Below, piece by piece: positions 62,161 through 64,000 of a stretch of 64,000 bases of DNA. The DNA lies in contig NC_042999.1 of the NCBI RefSeq assembly GCF_006345805.1, forward strand, positions 5,642,001 to 5,706,000, written 5' to 3'. Under the pieces are notes generated by a model. It saw only the letters and a list, made by a program, of their open reading frames with translations. It was not told the DNA's origin and did not search any database. The position numbers were made by a program, and so were the translations under genes. How positions within the stretch are numbered: position 1 is the first letter of the stretch; each line of letters begins with the position of its first letter. This DNA is from Octopus sinensis (taxonomy: Eukaryota).

Positions 62161-62914
62161 AATATGATATAAGAATAACTATATATCTATTGAAGTAAAA
62201 CTGTACGTGATTATATATAACATAACAACTACATATCTACAGATGTAGAACTGTGAATATATATCGTTTTGTAAAACTATACAGTAATGTGAGAGTGTGA
62301 AAGCAAATCAGTAATATATTTTACATATGCCAGCCTGGAAAGCAGGCATTAAATAATATTGATGATGATGATGATGATGATAATGCTAACCTTATCTGAT
62401 ACGATTCAGTATGTTGAACCAACCATATTAAATCCTATATCAGATAATGTTTGCATTATGTAAATATATTATTGATTTACTTCAATATTATCACATTTCT
62501 ATATAGTTTCACTTCTGTCACAGTGGACAGTTTAATATATCAACGTTTTGTTTCACCGCACCTTCCAAATGTGGCAGATGCCAGCGCCACCTTACTGGCG
62601 TCCGTGTCAGTGACACGTAAAAGCACCAACCGATCGTGGCCGTTTGCCAGCCTCCTCTGGCCCCTGTGCTGGTGCCATGTAAAAAGCACCCACTACACTC
62701 ACAGAGTGGTTGGCGTTAGGAAGTGCATACAGCTGTAGAAACTGCCAGATCAGGCTGGAGCCTGGTGCAGCCTCCTTGCTTCTGAGACCCCAGTCGAACT
62801 GTCCAACCCATGCCAGCATGGGAAGCGGGCGTTAAACGGTGATGATGATGATTTGTTTGTGAACAGCCTGGTTATACGTGGAACTCATAGTAGACTGTCA
62901 GGCATTCACCAGGG

Positions 62915-63760
<846 letters not shown>

Positions 63761-63780
63761 ATTTTTTTATATCTCAGACT

Positions 63781-63969
63781 CAGGGGTGTAGCTAGGGTGG
63801 GGAAAGCAGGGCACATACCCTGGGCGCCGCAATTTTGACCCAAATCATTTTTTAATTAATTCATTAAAAAAAAACATTTTTTTATGCATGTTTCTGCTTT
63901 TTTGTTAGTGGGGGGGTGGAGCAATTTTGATGCTTACCCTGGGTGCCATTTACCTTAGCTACGCCCCTG
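63781..63969. mobile_element. hAT-type MITE (189 bp)
   Basis: CAGGGG(T/C)GTAGCTA TIRs; 8-bp TSD CTCAGACT / CTCAGGCT. Confidence 0.85.
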
Positions 63970-64000
63970 CTCAGGCTGCAAGTTATCTAATGTAAATATT

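Noticed and set aside
61500-62172. Long ORFs (up to 220 aa), including [17 protein letters not shown] after a tttacag acceptor-like site
   Set aside because: Mostly microsatellite translation; the unique part has no CAND1 similarity and gives a stop in the required phase.

Overview
AT-rich, microsatellite- and retroposon-dense animal DNA; the repeat style suggests an octopus/cephalopod (inference). The window lies entirely inside one + strand gene, CAND1 (cullin-associated NEDD8-dissociated 1). I traced 29 coding exons (301-60374) with GT-AG introns and consistent phases: 3292 nt, 1097 codons, no in-frame stop. The first ~48 and last ~85 codons lie outside the window. Introns contain 5'-truncated RTE-clade LINEs (one family has a VNTR-rich 3' UTR, roughly 45-50 remnants by eye), several tRNA-derived SINE families, mariner/Tc1 relics, piggyBac-, pogo-, hAT-type MITEs and non-autonomous Helitrons. 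Best candidates for something new: (1) at least seven minimal type I hammerhead-ribozyme-like motifs of the Penelope-element kind, from 3-4 repeat families. These include a tRNA-headed SINE-like element with a hammerhead near its 3' end and a terminal hairpin whose loop occurs in flip and flop orientations, and a family whose core has U in place of the conserved A6. (2) A tandemly duplicated, CCA-tailed 3' half of tRNA-Trp just downstream of a splice donor. (3) Several near-perfect 68-109 bp-arm palindromes. All were read by eye; most individual hammerhead copies are degenerate, no activity is shown and novelty needs database searches.
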